DNA from: Mobula birostris
Lineage: Eukaryota
NCBI RefSeq assembly: GCF_030028105.1
Contig: NC_092382.1
Coordinates: 100,146,699-100,210,698 of the forward strand
Direction of reading: 5' to 3'
DNA: 64,000 nucleotides
In this document: piece after piece, positions 36,460 through 48,572 of the stretch
How the letters are laid out: each line of letters starts with the position of its first letter
Position numbering within the stretch: the first letter of the stretch is position 1
The notes under the pieces: model-generated
What the model was told of the DNA's origin: nothing
Databases searched by the model: none
Seen by the model: the letters and a program-made list of their open reading frames with translations, nothing else
Made by a program: the position numbers and the translations under genes

Positions 36460-36473
36460 CTGCCCTCTAGTGT
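36460..36473 (-). promoter_or_regulatory. Reverse-oriented CTCF motif
   Basis: minus strand ACACTAGAGGGCAG. Confidence 0.65.
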
Positions 36474-36579
36474 CCGTTTACCCTTACTTTCCCACCGGGC
36501 GATGCAGGGAAAACCAAAGGATGGAAATGAGAAGGGAGGCGGAAGGGAGGGGTGATTGTTTGATTGTATAGGCATCCGT

Positions 36580-36844
36580 AAGTCTCATGAATTCTAGGGC
36601 GCAGGCCTAGGCGAGGTTGTATGAAAGACCGGCAGTTGCCTATGCTGCAATTCTCCCCTCTCCACGACACCGATGTTGTCCAAGGGAAGGGCACTAGGGC
36701 CGATACAGCTTGGCACCGCTGACTCTGCAGAGCAATGTGAGGTTAAGTGCCTTGCTGAAGGACACATCACGCTGCCTCAACTCTGGCTCGAACTGGCGAC
36801 CTTCCGGTCACTAGACCGACGCCTTAACCACTTGGCCACGCACC
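36580..36844 (-). mobile_element. tRNA-derived SINE
   Basis: Minus strand head GGTGCGTGGCCAAGTGGTTAAGGCG..GTTCGAGCC (A and B boxes) followed by non-tRNA body. Confidence 0.8.
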
Positions 36845-37859
36845 TGTGTGGGATGCGTGTGGAGGGGTGAATAACCAGGGATTCCTGGGGGAATGGGGGC
36901 GTCGAGAAAAGATACAAAATTAGGCTAAAAAAGGAGGACAACAGTGACACAGTTTGAGAGGAGTCCGGAGAAGAATTGTAGTGTGAGATTGCGACGAAGC
37001 AAAGACAAAGAAGGAGACTGATGGAGTACGAGGGCAGTTCAGGGAGAAGGAGAAGAAAACAGAGAATCGCAGAGATTCAAATTAATTAACTATTTCACCG
37101 AGGTCGGAAGCGAGGGTCAATGGCAGTAACAAAAAAAAACTCTTTATTCGGGGTTAGTTCGCTCAATAGTGAATCCACGCAGGTCACACCTGCCATTACC
37201 TATCCCTGTGTAAAACACAGTTTTGTCCACTGGATCAGCCACGGCACTTCCTTCCATTAACTAAAACCAATCGTGCTTCATGTCTCCCTCCCTGTCTCCC
37301 CGCTGCATCCGCTCCTTCTCTATATCTTTTGGGACCCCTGTCCCCGCCCTTCCTCGGCGTCTGGGAGTCACTGCCGAGGCGCCGTCTCCCTCGCCTTCCT
37401 TTTGACTCCCTTCGTTCTGCCTCGCGTGTTTCTGGCTTTGTCACCTTCGGTCAGAATCATCCCCTCTTTTTACTTAATTAAATATCTCCCCATCTATCTT
37501 TCTGTCTGAATATCATCCATTCCATCCCCAAATGCAGTGTCTGCAACCTTACCTTTACCGTCCATGTTTCCTTCACACGGATTTGAATTTGAGAGTCGGA
37601 CTTCGGGTGGAGTGTAGGTTAGGGGCAAAAGAACCATCAAATTTGGAGGAAAATGAGCTCGCAGGTGTGCAAATACGGAAAGAGTAGGAGAGAGCGAGAG
37701 ACAGGGCAAAGAAGAGAGGAAATGAGAGAGAGAAAGTTTTGGCGTGGGAGGTTCAGTGCTGTGCGAAAGACAGTCATAGGATTTCAAATGATATGACTCC
37801 ACAGAGCCCTGATCAAAACTTTACGTCGTGCAGACAAAGAGCAAAGTGAGGTAATACCA

Positions 37860-38210
37860 GCGATTGGATACAGAGAAGGAGAGAGAGAGGGGAGTGAGAA
37901 AGAGGGGGAGAGAGAAGGAAAGGGTAGGAAAGAGAGAGAGAAGGAAAGAGAGGGAGAGAGGGAAAGAGAGAATGAAAGAGAGAAAGAGAGATGGGGAGAG
38001 AAATGGAGGGAAAGAGAGACAGATAGAATGAGAGGAAAGAAAGAGTGAGAGTGAGAAGGAAAGAGAGAGAGAAGACAAGAGAGAAAAGGAAAAGAGAGAG
38101 AGATAGAGAACGAAGAGAGAGGGAGGAAGAGAGTGATGGAAAGGGACAGACAGAGAGAGAGAGAGAGAGAGAGGAAAGAGAGCAAGGGTGAGACTGCGAG
38201 GGAGAGCGGG
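37860..38210. repeat. GA-rich polypurine tract; CT-rich tracts at 41898-41990 and 59020-59370
   Basis: direct reading. Confidence 0.9.
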
Positions 38211-38422
38211 GAGAGATTCAACAAAAGAACGGGACAGAACGTGAGCGGCAGAGAGAAAGGGTCGACAGACATTAAATAGACCATGTCCTAAATAGGACAA
38301 AGTATCCATCCGTGGCCAAAATTCTTATTTGCCCTAACTCAGCACTTCAAATCGATGCAGGGTTGGTTTGAAGTGAATATATTTCTGCCTTCTTACCTCC
38401 CCAAAATTAACCTCGACGAAAG

Positions 38423-39276
38423 ATGCTCGCCTGGCACTGCTCATCGTTCCTTTGCAGTCTGCTTTCTGACTGTTTTCATTTCAGTTGCTCTACGCCTTCC
38501 CCATTGCTCCCTTTTCAATAAAACGAAGTATTGTTTGTAAAAATGCTTGGAGGTAAGATTAAGAAGGAAGAAGCGCCCCCTCCCCACACACCCCTCACCA
38601 CCACTACCGTGCGAAGAGTATCGACTACCGGAGTGGATCGTTAACTCTACTTGGTTTGGCAGCCCAGCCAATTTAATGGCGGACTATGGTGCACCGTTAG
38701 GGTGGGCGGGCAAGTAGGAAATATCCACGCCCTCCCACCCAGAGGGTTAAAGATGGGACAACATCCCGTGTCCGCAGAAAACTGGTAGTTTTTCAGCTTC
38801 ACCAATGGGCTGGTCGAGCCAACGGCGCCGCCGATCGAGTGGGACGTGTAAGGTCCTGAGAGCGGCCGCGCTAGGCTAGTTAACTAGCGTAATGCTTGAT
38901 CTGTTCTATCCGGTAAACGTATTTTATAGTTCCATGTTTATGTCTATTTTGTCTCATCTTTGGGATTCGAAAATACTGTTTTTCACCTGCCGTCTCTTTT
39001 CCATATGCGTGTTCGCTGGCAAGGCATAAGACTCCGGCTTTTTCCCAGTCTCCCGGCAAGGAATGCCCGGTAGAGGAGGACATCAGCAGCGACGATGAAG
39101 TGGTCATGGTGCACGCAATATTCCTGAGCGGGGCCTCAGAACTTGTTCTACTCTGCCGTCACCAACCGTGTGCAGCCTCGGGGCACGGCGGACGGTTTTG
39201 CCGCAGAGCTACCGAGTGGCAGACAATTTCAGGCTGATATTCTGCGAGCTCTATGTGAATTTCTTCGGCCGGATTT
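38423..39276 (+). pseudogene. TRBV: Highly degenerate family A V segment (V39)
   Basis: V remnant about 39005-39276 (KTPAFSQSPGK; LFYSAVTNRVQPRGTADGFAAELPS), acceptor AG->AT, YFCAW deleted, CACGGCA at 39277; possible collapsed leader at 38423 (uncertain). Confidence 0.7.
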
Positions 39277-40339
39277 CACGGCAGCTCAGTCAGAATGGGA
39301 AGCTGAAAAAAAACACCTCACCGCCTGAGGGGGGCGCTGTCGGCAGCAAAGGAGAAATTGCGCCGTCTGCGCGGGTGGGAGGGCGGATTGCGAATTAGAC
39401 GCCGCGGTGTAGTCGCCAATCTGAGAATGTAAGTGTACGTTCGTTGAAATTGCGTTGCATACTGTTTTGTTCCTCTATGTTGCTTTTTAGCCGTCGCGCA
39501 TTGATGAGAAATTGATCTGCGTCGATACCGCTAGTAGAGCTAATATCAGCAGCCTACCAAAGCAAGAGGATTGCTCACCTCTGACCACCACCAACATTTT
39601 TCTACTCATCGTCACTCACTTGCGTCAGCCGAACGCAATCCCTTTGCCGTCCTCTCTTTCCTCTCTTCGTCACTGCCCCTCTCGCTGCTCTCCGTGTCGG
39701 CCTGCCTCTCTACCCCTTGCATGCCCTCCTCCATGTCGGTATATCTACCTATCGATGCAACTGCATCGTCTCTGGTCATTGTCTGTCCCTTCTCCAGTGA
39801 GGTCTGGATGACCCGTCTGCAACGATCCGCGCACCCGTCTCTGTCGGCTTCCTTTCCTCTGTCTCTCTTTGCCTCGCATTCTTTTTGACCTAGGTGTCTA
39901 ATATTCGCTCTGCTCCTCTGTCTGTGTTCTCCCAAGCAGCCGGTCTCCCATTCCTCCCTCGGTGTCGGCCTGATCAATTCAGTGCCGCTGCCTGACGACT
40001 GTCTGCATGGAAGTGTGTCTGTCTCGGAATCTAAGCCCTTCCCGCTGTCCATCAATAGATATGTGCTTAGTTATCATATCAATCTATCTACCCAACTATC
40101 TGTGCATGTCTGTATCTTTCTATCATCTATCTGCATATCATCTATCTATCTATCTATGTACAGTCTATATCAATCTATCTATCAATCGATCGATCGATCG
40201 ATCTATCCATCTATCGATCTATCGGTCTGCCTATTTATCTATCTATCCATCTGAATATTTTTCTCCCTGCATACACTCAGTGGACTTTATTAGGTACACC
40301 GGTACACCTGCCCATTAATACAAATATCTAATCAGCCAA

Positions 40340-41350
40340 TCATGTGACAGACTTTTGGCAAGGTACCCCATGCAAGGCTTACTGAGAAAGTAAGGAGGCA
40401 TGGGATCTAAGGGAACATTGATTTCTGGATCCAGAACTGCCTTGCTCCCACAGGGCAAAGAGTGCTTGTAGCCGGGCCATATTCTACATGGAGTCCGGTG
40501 ACCAGTGGTGTGCCTCAGGGATCTATTCTGGGACCCCTGCTCTTCGTGATCTTTTACAAATGACCTGGATGAGGAAGTCGTGGGATGGGTTAGTAAGTTT
40601 GCTGATGACACAAAGGTAGCGGGAGTTGTGGATAGCGTGGAGGGCTGTCAGAGATTATACAGCGGGACATTAATAGGATGCAAAACTGGGCTCAGAAGTG
40701 GCATATGGCGTTCAACCCAGATAAGAGTGAGGTATTTGATTTTGCCAGGTCAAATATGATGGCAGAATATAGTATTAATGGTAAGACGCTTGGCAGTGTG
40801 GAGGATCAGAGGGATCTTGGGGTCCGAGTCCATAGGACACTCAAAGCTGCTGCACAGGTTGACTCTAAGGTTAAGAAAGCATACAGTGCATTGGCCTTCA
40901 TCAAACGTAGGATTGAGTTTAGGAGCCGAGAGGTAATATTGCAGCTATATTGGACCCTGATCGGGCCCCACTTGGAGTACTGTGCTCAGTTCTGGTCGCC
41001 TCACTATAGGAAGGATATAGAAACCATAGAAAGGGTGCAGAGGACATTTACAAGGATGTTGCCTGGATTGGGGAGCATACCTTATGAGAATAGGTTGCGT
41101 TAACTCAGCCTTTTTCCCTTGGAGGGACGGAGGATGAGAGGTGACCTGATAGGGGTGTATAAGATGATGAGAGGCATTGATCGTGTGGATAGTCAGAGGT
41201 CGTTCCACCCCCCCCCCCCCCCACGGGCTGAAATGTCTAGTACGAAAGGGTGCTTCGAAGTAGGTACAGAGGAGATGTCAGTGTTAAGTTTTTTTAAGCA
41301 GAGTGCGTGGAATGGGCTGCCGGCGACTGTGGTGGAGGCGGATTCAACTG
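40340..41350 (+). mobile_element. CR1 LINE RT fragment
   Basis: gtgcctcagggatct..tttgctgatgacacaaag; ORFs 40678-41103 and 41119-41409. Confidence 0.95.
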
Positions 41351-41914
41351 AGTTTCTGGCTTGCGTTATAGGGTTTCTGTCTTTCTATGTAATGTGGAAG
41401 AAAGAGTAAAATAACCTTTGGCGTTTAATCGCTTGTTTGTGCTTGCAGACGGTATATCTATTTCATATCGGGACTTCCTATTTCTTTGTATAATGTGGTT
41501 TTGTGAAGCCTTCCCACCCCTATTAATCGTAGGTGAGTTGTTGACGGATCCCCCGCCTCGTTTCTCCTTCCAGTCTTGTTAACTGTTGTTCCGCCCTTCT
41601 CTCGCTGATGGGTTGGTTGTCATTATATGTGCGCATTCTCATTTCCCTCCTATTTATTTCTCGGTTTTTCACTCGCCTGCTGCCTGCACCACGTTTGTAC
41701 TGTCGCTTTCTTCTCCATCTTTCCGTCCATCTACCGATCTGCATGTCAGTCTCTCTTAGGAATCACGTACCTATCCGACTGTCCATCTGCCTGCCTTGAG
41801 TTCTGATTACAAAGTCTGCCCCTAACATTGCGTTCCTGCCCTCAACCACACTGTTTGGTGTCGGACATTTCTTCTGCTATCTGTCTATCCTCCACATAAC
41901 TCTCTCTCTCTCTT

Positions 41915-41976
<62 letters not shown>

Positions 41977-42311
41977 CCCCCCCCTACTTTGTCCCTCCCT
42001 CTCTCCGGAATGCCTATGGCTGCAATAGCGTCGCGCTAAACACTAGGTATTGTGCAGTGACACCACATAAGCGAGAGGCATTGAAGTGAAAATGTGCGCC
42101 CAGAGGATAAAAATATCAGTGCGATTACACTACATAAGTTGCGTGTTTCAACTCAGCAGTCTGAACTCTGCCGTTCTTAATCGCACCCAAGACTGACATC
42201 ACTGATTTCATTGGTTAGCCGTCGCTGTACGCGGTGACGCCAGACGTCGGCTGTCGACGGGCGACGCATTTCCCCTTCAAATGACGATAGGCACCCCACA
42301 AGCACAGTGAG

Positions 42312-42350
42312 GATTTTTGTTAGGCTCCTCCGTCTCTCTGAGGCGCCGTA
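42312..42350 (-). other. Defective 23-RSS of V42
   Basis: TACGGCG / 23 / ACAAAAATC. Confidence 0.88.
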
Positions 42351-43032
42351 CTCATCCCCGGCGCAGAAATACACGGTCGACGAATTCGCCTGGATGCCGG
42401 AGAACTTCAGATAGAACTTGTTTCGACTCGGTCTCTCCGCCGTGAGGCCGTCCACTGTGGCCACTGGCTGCACGTACTTGGGTATGCTCGAGGTGAAAAG
42501 GAGCTGGGGTCCTTTTCCCCGGTATTGTCTGTACCAGTAGAGATAATTAGTACTGTCGCTGCTCATCCCCTCTTCTGCGCATTCCAGCACCACCTTATCG
42601 CCGGGAGGAACGGAGAATGCCGGAGTCTGGGGAATCGTCACTGAATTGGCATCTGGGAAAGAGACAGAAATCGGAAGAAGATGAATAAACTTATTTTGCG
42701 GTGAATGTTGGGAAGGGGGCGGGAAGGAAAGTGAACAGAAGGCATCGGTGAAGGGCGGTAGTGTGAATCAACTTGGAGACCCCGGGCAGTGGAGGAGAAC
42801 GAGTCAATGAGGGCGATTGAAGAGCGGGGACTTGGAACGGTGGGAGATAAAGAGGGAAGATGAATTGAGTTCTACAGGAATTGCGGACAAAGTTGGAGTA
42901 AGAATGACACTAGTCAGTATACACGGGTTAGATCACGTAGGGAAATGGGCGACGAAAGAGAGAAAAATAACTAACTATTTGCAAGTTTCACTCACGCTGG
43001 ATGGAGAGGGTCAGTTGCAGGAACAGCAACAT
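42351..43032 (-). CDS. TRBV: Inverted V segment, open reading frame but heptamer begins TAC (V42)
   Basis: Leader 43032-42996 MLLFLQLTLSIQ; exon 42652-42351 to YFCAGDE; RSS TACGGCG/23/ACAAAAATC. Confidence 0.9.
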
Positions 43033-43372
43033 ATTTCTGGGGCGTTTCTCCTCTCAGTAACGGAAGAGGCGAGAATTACAGCGATGAATCTTTTGCCTTT
43101 CATTTCGGTGGTTGCGTGTTTCCGTGAGATAGGCAGTTGGGATAGGGCACGCCCTCATCCACTCTGTCCCAATCAACGGCACGGACGAAACCCCGCCCAC
43201 CAAGCTCGCTGGAACTCCTTCTCAATCCTCGCAGGTTTCTCTCGGCGAGCAAGAAAATGAGAAATCGACGTTTTGGGCGAAAGCTGTTCATCGGAGCCCA
43301 TCAGTAACATCGTCAGAAATTCCTTTGCCTTCGAACCCCTATTCTAACTCTCACGTTCTCCATCTGCCTCTG

Positions 43373-43406
<34 letters not shown>

Positions 43407-43499
43407 CCCCCCTTTCTTATCTGAATTGTTTCTCTATCAGTCAATTCAGTCCATCTGACTTTCTACCTGTCTGCCTGTGTGCCCCACTGTATCAGCTAG

Positions 43500-44180
43500 A
43501 TATTTTCAGGCAACGCACAGATCACCCTGGAGGAACGCTGTAGCTCAGACAGCTTCTACGGAACTGAATGAGCAGCCGATATTTCGGGCCGGGGTAAAAC
43601 GTTGGGCAGAGGGGCAGGAGGTTTTCCGGAAGATGATGGATTAAGCCAGGTGTGCAGGAAAGAGGAATGGCTGGCGTGGTTGCATCTGACAGGAGAGGAG
43701 AGTGAACCATAGAGGACAGGGTAGGAGAAGGTCATTCAGAGGGTACTGAACGGCAGGTTGAGGGGGTGAAAGGTCAGAGTGGAGAAGAGGGCAGGCGGGG
43801 TGGAAATCTGTTTACCGGAAGGAGCAATCGATATTCATGCCTACAGGTTGGAGGCCACACAACCGAGATAGAAGTTAGTGCGCCTCCAGCATGAGGCTGC
43901 CCACATCCAGGCACGGGAGGAGACCATGGGCCGACGAAACCGTCGACAGTTCGGGCCGAACCCTTCTTCAGGTCTAGAGGGGAAGGGGGGAAGATGCTAG
44001 AATTAAAAAAAAGGGGGGAGGCGGGAAGTAGAAGGAGGATAGCAAGAGGTTGATAAGTGAAGCCGGGTGGACAAGAAGGATGAAGGATGAAGGGCTGCAG
44101 AGGAAGCTAGGAGGGGAGAGCGGACCATAGGAGAAAGGGGAAGAGAGGGGAACCATGGGAGAGGTGATCAGTAGAATACA
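43500..44180 (-). mobile_element. Penelope-like fragments; paralogs 48660-49330, 59620-59930, similar 57060-57500
   Basis: atcgatattcatgcc..ggttggagg and terminal gggccgaacccttcttcagg motifs as reverse of 4828-5290. Confidence 0.55.
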
Positions 44181-44349
44181 GTAGACTAGTAGAATAGAGG
44201 ATACAGGAGGAGCCTAACGGAAAGAAAATGGTGGGATTGACCTCACTGAACAGAAGCCGAATGATTCCTGTAATTATATTAAACATAACTTTGTACTGTT
44301 GCATATCATTATGACGTCAGAAATATTGATAAATAGATACTCGAGAATT

Positions 44350-45520
44350 TAAAAGATTCAATTACTTGCTGTCAGACACACCATCACAGCCTTTGCCAAG
44401 CAGAATCCTGATTCTATCGTAGAAGAGTCTTGGAGGATGGAAGGGGAAGGGCAATTGACTTTGCTGAATCAGATCAAGTGGATCAGGTAATCCTTGGCAG
44501 AGCTGTTCAGTGTAACAAATGCTTCGTCTGCAACAGCCTGGGTCCATGCAGTCTGTTAAACCATCAAGAAGGAAGCAGAAGTGAAATATGAGGGACTGGT
44601 CAGTAACAGTCAGAACAATAAGTCTTCATTTGTACAATTCTCAGAACTGTATATCTGGATGCAAGACAGCTCTGCTCAGATGATAATAATGAGGCATTTA
44701 CTGTTTGCAGGTCCTCTCCACCACTGACCCCCTGATGATCTCTAACTCATGGACCTCCACTTTCCTCAGCCCTGTAGTCAATAATCACCTCTCTGATTTT
44801 GATGGCATTCAGTGAGATGTTGTTGTGGTGGGACCATTCAGATGGATGTACAATCGCCGTCCTAGATGCTGATTCGGTCCAGCCTGCGATACGGCCAACG
44901 TCAGTGGTGTCATCAGCCGATTTAAATACGGCGTTCGAATTGCCCTGGAGTCTCACTGTCATTAGTACAAAAAGCAAAGAGAGAAGCCAGGCTTCCAGAC
45001 CCACTGCCTTTTACTGCGGCTCTGCTGATGGTGATTATGGGGTAAATGTTGCGAATCCGAACTGACAGGGGTCTATAAGTGAGTAATTCAATCTTTCAGT
45101 TTCCCAAGCAGCTCTTGAGACCAAGAGCATGAGGCTTGTTGCTTAATTTTGAGGTGATGATGGTATTGAATGGAGAGCTGTAGCGAGAGAAGCGCATCCT
45201 CACGTATGACTCTGCCCTGTCCCGATGTTCCACAGTTGAAGGAGGAGCCTATAAAATGACATCATCTGTAGACCTGGTGCAAGGGTAGACAAGTTGGAGT
45301 TTAGCCGAATCTTTCATGTATTTCATCACCAACCTCTCAAAGCGCTTCATCCCGATGGACGTGCAGGCTGCTGGACGACAGTCATCGAGGTAGGTTATCA
45401 GTTCTTCTCGGGTGCCCGTAAAATTAAAACCTACTCGGAGCAAATGGGTTTCGCAGACTGCCGACTGGAATGCTTAAAGATATCGGTGATCTCTCCAGTA
45501 AACAGGCTCAGGTACAAATT
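44350..45520 (-). mobile_element. Rex1-type LINE RT fragments; duplicate at 49500-50680
   Basis: LDDCRPAACTSIGMKRFERLV, RSTDDVI, KSADDTTDVGRI in minus-strand ORFs. Confidence 0.8.
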
Positions 45521-45917
45521 CTCCTCTCTGTCCGCAAGTCGGACTGGACAAGTTCCTATGTTCGATGGACTTCTGTTGCTAATTCCATCTCTGTGTGACA
45601 CTGAATGGGACGCTGTTTAAGGATTGGGGGAGGACAACGTGTGAATATTTTGTCACTAGTTAAAGTGGTTTATTCGGCTGCCTGTGACTCTGCAGTGACA
45701 GGGAAATGTAAATCTACGGGGAGACGATGGAAGTAACAGCTGCAATTTCGTGGCACTCGGTGCCCCATTCCGACTCAGGACATTACCTAATGCTTTGTCT
45801 CAATATTATTTTCCCATTGGCTACGTGGCGCCAAGCGCGGTGACGTCAGTAGTCAGGTGTCGACTTGTGACGTATACCCTCCGCAGCTGACGACAGCCAA
45901 ACCCACTCACACTGTGA

Positions 45918-45956
45918 GGTTTTTGTTCGGCGTCTCCGTCTCTCTGAGTCGCCGTG
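45918..45956 (-). other. 23-RSS of V46
   Basis: CACGGCG / 23 / ACAAAAACC. Confidence 0.95.
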
Positions 45957-46635
45957 ATCTCTCCAGGCGCAGAAATACACGGCCGACGAATTCGCCCGGA
46001 GGCCGGAGGACTTCAGATAGAACTTGTTGCTACTCGGTCTCTCTGCCATGAAGCCCTCCACTCCGTCCGGCGGTTGCACGTATTTGGCTATGCTGGAGGT
46101 GAAAAGGGCTTGTGGTCCGTTCCCCCGGTATTGTCTGTACCAGACGAGAGTATCATCACCACCACTGCTGCCAGCATCTACCGTGCATTCCAGCACCACG
46201 CCTTCGCCGGGACGGGCAGTAAATGCGGGGGTCTGGTGGATCGTCACCGGGTTGGCATCTGGAAAAGAGACGGGAAGGGGAAGAGTGTGAATTAACGCGG
46301 TTCATGTAGTAATGGCGACGTTGAGGTGGGGACGAAGCTGAATGGAAGGATAAGAAGAGATAGATGGAAGGACGTCACCGAGACATCATCTGATAAAAGA
46401 GCGGAACGGGGTGAATAGACATGGATACCGGGGGCAACTGAGAATGAATGGAAAAGGTAGATTCAAGGCTGGGGGACATTAAATTGTCGACAAAGTTGGA
46501 ATGGGACGGAGAACAATCCGTTTCGATGGGATAGATCGTGAGGCAAATGAGAAAAGAAAGGGAGAATAATAGATAAATATTTGGCACATTTCACTCACAG
46601 TGGAAGGAGAGGATCAGTGGCAGCAACAGCAACAT
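45957..46635 (-). CDS. TRBV: Inverted TRBV30-like V segment, apparently intact (V46)
   Basis: Leader 46635-46599 MLLLLPLILSFH; exon 46258-45957 to YFCAWRD; RSS 45956-45918. Confidence 0.95.
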
Positions 46636-47526
46636 ATTTTTCGGGCGGTTCTTCTATCCGTGATGGAAGAGATGCGTACAGCAGCAATGACGCTACTGCC
46701 TTCAAATTCACTCTCAACTTACGTGTCTCTCTGAAATAATGTTTCTTGCGCATTGGGGATTTGTCACGCCTCCTTCCTCTCTGATACAATCGGAGTGGTG
46801 ATGTGTGTTAATTCCACCGCCCAATCCCCGCCCCGAATCTCGCTGCTGTTATTTCTCTCTCCTGACATCCTTCCAAACTCCTCTCTCTGTCTCTCAGAGT
46901 CGGATTTGTCCTCACTTGCTTGAACACGAGCTCTCCGTCCTCTCAGCCTCCTTCTCGCGTCATTTTTAATACCATTCTTGCTGACCCGCTCCCTGCTCGA
47001 CCTCGATGTCGCACTCGATTGCCTTTTATACTTGTAAATTGATGTACGACCTCTCCTGCTGGACATCCCTCCCGACATATGTGACCTACCGCTTTTGTCT
47101 GTGTGTTTGTCTGTCTCTTTCTTGGCCTGTGTGCCTCTCCGTCCATCCGTTAATCGATCTGTCTATCTGTCTGTCATAATAACTGTCAGTCTAATGGTCT
47201 GTTTGACTGACTGTCTATTTGTCCAATTTGCTGTGAGATGTCCCTAATAACCCGTCGCAAATCAGACTGAATGGCGACCGAATAAATCTCTCTTTCTGCC
47301 CTGTTCCATCTTGCTGTTCCTCATGCCCGCCGCTTCCTTGACATAGACACACTCCCCAACTCTTTATTCACCTCTTTCTCTCTGCATCCGTCCATCTGTT
47401 CGTCTGTGAGACTGTCATCTCGGAATCTGACTGACCATGAAGAAAAGAGATGGGACTCAATACTGGGGCCGACCACAGCGCCCTGATCTCCGCGGATGCC
47501 CATGAGTTCGGTCATTCATCAATTGA

Positions 47527-47540
47527 CCTGCAGGTGGCGC
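47527..47540 (+). promoter_or_regulatory. CTCF motif; paralogs at 52246-52259 and 62650-62663
   Basis: CCTGCAGGTGGCGC; copies CCTGCAGATGGCGC and degenerate CCTGCAGATAGCGC. Confidence 0.65.
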
Positions 47541-47695
47541 AGCGAAACCAGCTGTCGACTGTCGGTTAACAGCATTTTGTTTATGATTTGTGTGCTGGGG
47601 GAGGAATGATCTGCTAGTGAGTGATCGGCTGTCGCCGGGCAACGCGTTTGCCCTTTAAACGACGACAGGCAACCCCAGCGCCCACCCAGCTGTGA

Positions 47696-47734
47696 AGTTT
47701 TTGATCGGATCCCCGGTCTATCTGAGTCGCTGTG
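47696..47734 (-). other. 23-RSS of V48
   Basis: CACAGCG / 23 / TCAAAAACT. Confidence 0.9.
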
Positions 47735-48420
47735 CTCACTCCACGCGCAGAAATACACGGCGGACAAATTCTCCTGGAGGCCGGAGGACTTCAGATAGAA
47801 CTCGTTGCTACTCGGTCTCTCAGCCGTGAAGCCGTCCACTGGGTCCGGCGGCTGCACGGAGTTGGCTACGCTCGAGGTGAAAAGGGCCTGCGGACCGTTT
47901 CCCCGGTACTGTCTGTACCAGAAGAGATAATTAATATTGTCGCTGCTGATCCCCTCGACTGTGCATTCCAGCACCACCTTCGCGCCGGGGGGTGCAGAGA
48001 ATGCCGGAGTCTGGTGAATCGTCACCTGGTGGCATCTGGAAAAGAGACAGAAATCGGAAGAGGATGAATATTGCATTTTGCGGTGAATTTTGGGATGTGG
48101 GGGGGAGGGGGAAGGAAGGTGAACAGAAGGCATCGGTGAAGAGCGGTAGGGTGAATCAATTTGGAGACCCGGAGCACTGGAGGAGAACGAGTCAATGAGG
48201 TCGATTGAAGAGCGGGGACTTGGATCGGAGGGAGATAAAGAGGGAAGATGAATATAGTTTCAATAGGAATTTCGGACAATGTTGGAGTAAGAATGACTCC
48301 AGTCAGTATACACGGGTTAGATCACGTAGGGAGATGGGCGACGAAAGAGAGAAAATAAACAATATTTTGCGAGTTTCACTCACGCTGAATGGAGAGGATC
48401 CGTTGCAGGAACAGCAACAT
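47735..48420 (-). pseudogene. TRBV: Inverted V segment with 1-nt deletion just after the acceptor (V48)
   Basis: Leader 48420-48384 (phase 1); exon from 48035 has 10 nt before GTG instead of 11, so the spliced frame hits TGA at once; remainder open to YFCAWSE; RSS 47734-47696. Confidence 0.85.
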
Positions 48421-48529
48421 GGTGGGGCGTTTCTACTCTCAGAAATGGAACAGGTGGGAACTGCAGCGATGAATGTTTTGCCTTTCATTTCACTCCTTGC
48501 GTATTGCTGTGAGATAGGCAGTTGGGATT

Positions 48530-48572
<43 letters not shown>

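Noticed and set aside
36783-36844. tRNA-like sequence with A and B boxes
   Set aside because: Continues into a SINE body without a tRNA 3' acceptor arm; annotated as SINE.
37784-38309. Long Leu/Ser-rich ORFs (also 51448-52191, 53113-53700, 59050-59535)
   Set aside because: Translations of CT/GA microsatellites and duplicated intergenic DNA.
39321-39338. CTCF-like GCCTGAGGGGGGCGC after V39 RSS and GGCCACCTGCAGAAGCGG after V34 RSS
   Set aside because: Three or more core mismatches; too weak to call without a PWM score.
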